DNA of 63,271 nt, the filler included. It is 8 parts of 8 records of this genome, joined end to end, with 100 filler letters (N's around TTAATTAATTAA, not from the genome) between each part and the next. Parts side by side here need not be neighbours in the genome. Positions count along the whole stretch, not along the records: positions 51,980 to 63,271 come from SRR31156797_39883; 7 more parts are not named here. The stretch is one strand, 5' to 3'. Shown here piece after piece: positions 61,201-63,271 of this stretch. Under the pieces are notes generated by a model. The model worked only from the letters and a program-made list of their open reading frames with translations, ran no database searches and had not been told where the DNA came from. Made by a program: the position numbers and the translations under genes. Each line of letters opens with the position of its first letter. Positions within the stretch are counted from its first letter, which is position 1.

Positions 61201-62202
61201 TCAATGCCTCTTTTCCTTGAAAATGAGACTTGGTTCCTCGATGACGACCTTCGTGTCTGCCGGGACGGATTCAGTGAGCCACACATTACCACCAATAACG
61301 GAGCGTGCTCCGATAACGGTATCTCCACCAAGGATGGTTGCGCTGGAGTAGATTATAACATCGTCCTCGATGGTCGGATGTCTTTTCTTGTCCCTGATAA
61401 TCTTCCCTGATTCATCCTTTGGGAAACTCAGTGAACCAAGGGTGACTCCCTGATACAGACGGACATGGTTCCCGATCTCACAGGTCTCGCCGATGACAAC
61501 GCCTGTACCGTGGTCGATGAAGAATCCCTTGCCGATCCTTGCACCGGGGTGGATATCTATTCCTACGGCACTGTGGGCATATTCCGTCATGATCCTGGGG
61601 ATTATGGTGATTCCCTGCCTGTGTAGTTCATGAGCTGCCCTGTAGACAGTCATGGCAAATATCCCTGGATAGCTAAAGATGATCTCATCATAGTTTTTAG
61701 CTGCAGGGTCACCTTCGTAAGTTGCAAGGATATCAGATGCCAGCATGGACCTGATATCAGGTATTTTCCTCAGGAACTTCAGTGTTTCCTCGTGACCACG
61801 GTCTATGCATTCGGTACATTCTCCATCGTAGCGCCTGCATTCATGTATGATACTGTTGGTTATCTGCTCCGAAAGCTTGTCGAACAGTTCGATTATCTCG
61901 TTCCCTACATGATATGAGAGCGTGTTTCTGTCCACGGTCTGGTCTCCGAAGTATCCCGGGAAGAGGATGTCCTTGATCAGGTCGATGATCTCTATCAGTG
62001 ATTCCTTTGATGGGATCACAGCAGCATCAAGGTGGTCAAAACAACCTTTATCAGAACAACTATTGACAACGAGATCTACAATTTCCGGGATCTCAGCACG
62101 GTATCTGTTATCTATCACGGAATCCAGTATCGTGCATCTTTTTTGTTCTGGTGGTGATGTTCTTTCCATGTTTCTTTCATCCTTTTCTTTCATTTTTTGC
62201 AT
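61201..62202 (-). CDS. cysE: Serine O-acetyltransferase (long EpsC-like form)
   Basis: GDPAA, SYPG, YRAAH, GIDIHPGA, FIDHGTGVVIGET, YQGVTLG, KRHPT; start may be 62169. Confidence 0.93.
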   Translation of the reverse strand: MQKMKEKDERNMERTSPPEQKRCTILDSVIDNRYRAEIPEIVDLVVNSCSDKGCFDHLDAAVIPSKESLIEIIDLIKDILFPGYFGDQTVDRNTLSYHVGNEIIELFDKLSEQITNSIIHECRRYDGECTECIDRGHEETLKFLRKIPDIRSMLASDILATYEGDPAAKNYDEIIFSYPGIFAMTVYRAAHELHRQGITIIPRIMTEYAHSAVGIDIHPGARIGKGFFIDHGTGVVIGETCEIGNHVRLYQGVTLGSLSFPKDESGKIIRDKKRHPTIEDDVIIYSSATILGGDTVIGARSVIGGNVWLTESVPADTKVVIEEPSLIFKEKRH

Positions 62203-62360
62203 TTTATAATGTTAACAGCGTTAACGATAATTGCCCTTCGAAGTTCACTTTTTCTGCGTTATATTCTCGTCCCACAAAGTCCGGTCACTATGGACCATTA
62301 CACTGACTCACTATCCCACATAATGATCGATGACAATCACATTTAAAAGCTTTGGAGCTT

Positions 62361-63271
62361 CTAAGAAAGCAGTTCTCCTGTATCCCGTACCAATTCCTCA
62401 GCTTCACTTTTTGCATCAGACGGAGCAAGTTCCACAAATATCGGTCCGAATACTGAGAGTGTGTAGTTCAGGTCAGGATAGGTATCAACACCTGTACTTA
62501 ATCCTATATCAAACAGTGCTTTATTGGCTGCATCTGCATTTTTCTCATCGGAACGATAGACATCTCCCATTATCGACCGTATCTCCCTGAACTTCAGTTC
62601 CATCCGGTCGAATATTTCCCTTCTTTCAAGGAGTGCATCTGTCCTTATGTCCTGATTCCATCCAGGCGAATAGGGGAAGGTGAGTCTGAGGGGCTTCTCT
62701 TCGGAAGCAGGGTAATTTAAGACCCCTTTACTTCCAGTGGAGAGATCCTGCCAGGGAATTCTCAGTCTGAGGTCATATGCTGCATTATTGAGGGATGAGA
62801 GCTGTATAACGATCAGTTCAGCACCATCACCACGTTCTCCGAAGATGCGTGGTTGAACGGAGTTCAGGCTGAAAAGTGCATACTCACTTTTTTCCACGGA
62901 AATCTCTGCCTTCAGGAACAGCATCTGCATCGGTGCTGCCGGCATGCTGAAGTCTATATCGGTCTCGGGTTCCCAGTCATCGATCTCAAGGAAGATCTCG
63001 TCCACCATGACCGAGCTGCCACCGGTGTTTGATAGGATAATACGGAGTTCGTTATCGTTCATAGGATACTTCAGGTCTAATGTTGCATTGAGGATCTGAA
63101 GGTCAGGTGTATCCCGGTCATGCATCCTTTTTTCCTGTGCAGTTATAGCTTCCATGAGCTCAGGCAGGAAGATGTTGATGTTCTCAAGTTCTCTCTGAAG
63201 ATCATCATCGGAATCCTTCATACTCTGGAGCATTTCCCCAAGTTCATTAAGAGAATCATCGTTAGCCTTAT
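62361..63271 (-). CDS. Hypothetical protein, C-terminal part (runs off window)
   Basis: Frame open to the window edge (KANDDSLNELGEM...); acidic, with an Ig-like LSNTGGSSVMV segment; no recognised family. Confidence 0.7.
   Translation of the reverse strand, partial: KANDDSLNELGEMLQSMKDSDDDLQRELENINIFLPELMEAITAQEKRMHDRDTPDLQILNATLDLKYPMNDNELRIILSNTGGSSVMVDEIFLEIDDWEPETDIDFSMPAAPMQMLFLKAEISVEKSEYALFSLNSVQPRIFGERGDGAELIVIQLSSLNNAAYDLRLRIPWQDLSTGSKGVLNYPASEEKPLRLTFPYSPGWNQDIRTDALLERREIFDRMELKFREIRSIMGDVYRSDEKNADAANKALFDIGLSTGVDTYPDLNYTLSVFGPIFVELAPSDAKSEAEELVRDTGELLS

Noticed and set aside
60199-62202. Bacterial-type cysE-cysK in a methanogen as a novelty
   Set aside because: Already known in Methanosarcina species; only the start-codon anomaly is notable
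62343-62363. Pyrrolysine read-through of the TAG ending the last hypothetical gene
   Set aside because: A TAA follows after five codons, so there is no downstream domain to gain

Overview
This window is not one locus. It is eight unrelated contigs joined by seven artificial 100-nt spacers (N44-TTAATTAATTAA-N44), apparently from an anoxic-community metagenome; all taxon labels are inferred from gene content and style. (1) 1-8763, FCB-group-like bacterium: tRNA Thr-Tyr-Gly-Thr-tuf operon, acyl-CoA thioesterase, large GH2 lipoprotein, vWA protein, chorismate mutase, GWxTD protein, and many 7-8 bp tandem repeats. (2) 8864-14349, spirochaete-like: sugar ABC transporter and class II aldolase with a divergent DeoR regulator. 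(3) 14450-19675, Desulfobacterota-like: acsB-acsC-acsE (Wood-Ljungdahl), then cheY-cheA. (4) 19776-26742, Bacteroidota: class I lanthipeptide cluster (lanA, lanC, split lanB). (5) 26843-36533, Bacteroidota: Fe-ADH, two ECF sigma/anti-sigma modules, SusC. (6) 36634-46300, AT-rich bacterium: co-directional cluster of glgX, STAS, anti-sigma kinase, orphan substrate-binding lipoprotein, sensor-fused MFS, atypical D-Ala-D-Ala ligase and a dCache-HAMP-PP2C phosphatase with the amino-acid-binding motif. This is the best candidate for an uncharacterised system. (7) 46401-51879: M42 peptidase, glgA, pta, cyclophilin, propeller sensor. (8) 51980-63271, Methanosarcinaceae-like archaeon: copB, Fe-S membrane protein, extended RNase HI, PAS-GAF kinase, K+ channel, dinB, GNAT, cysE-cysK. 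Two genes appear to need non-canonical start codons: cysK (ATC) and one ECF sigma (CTG). I saw no CRISPR array, rRNA or transposase.
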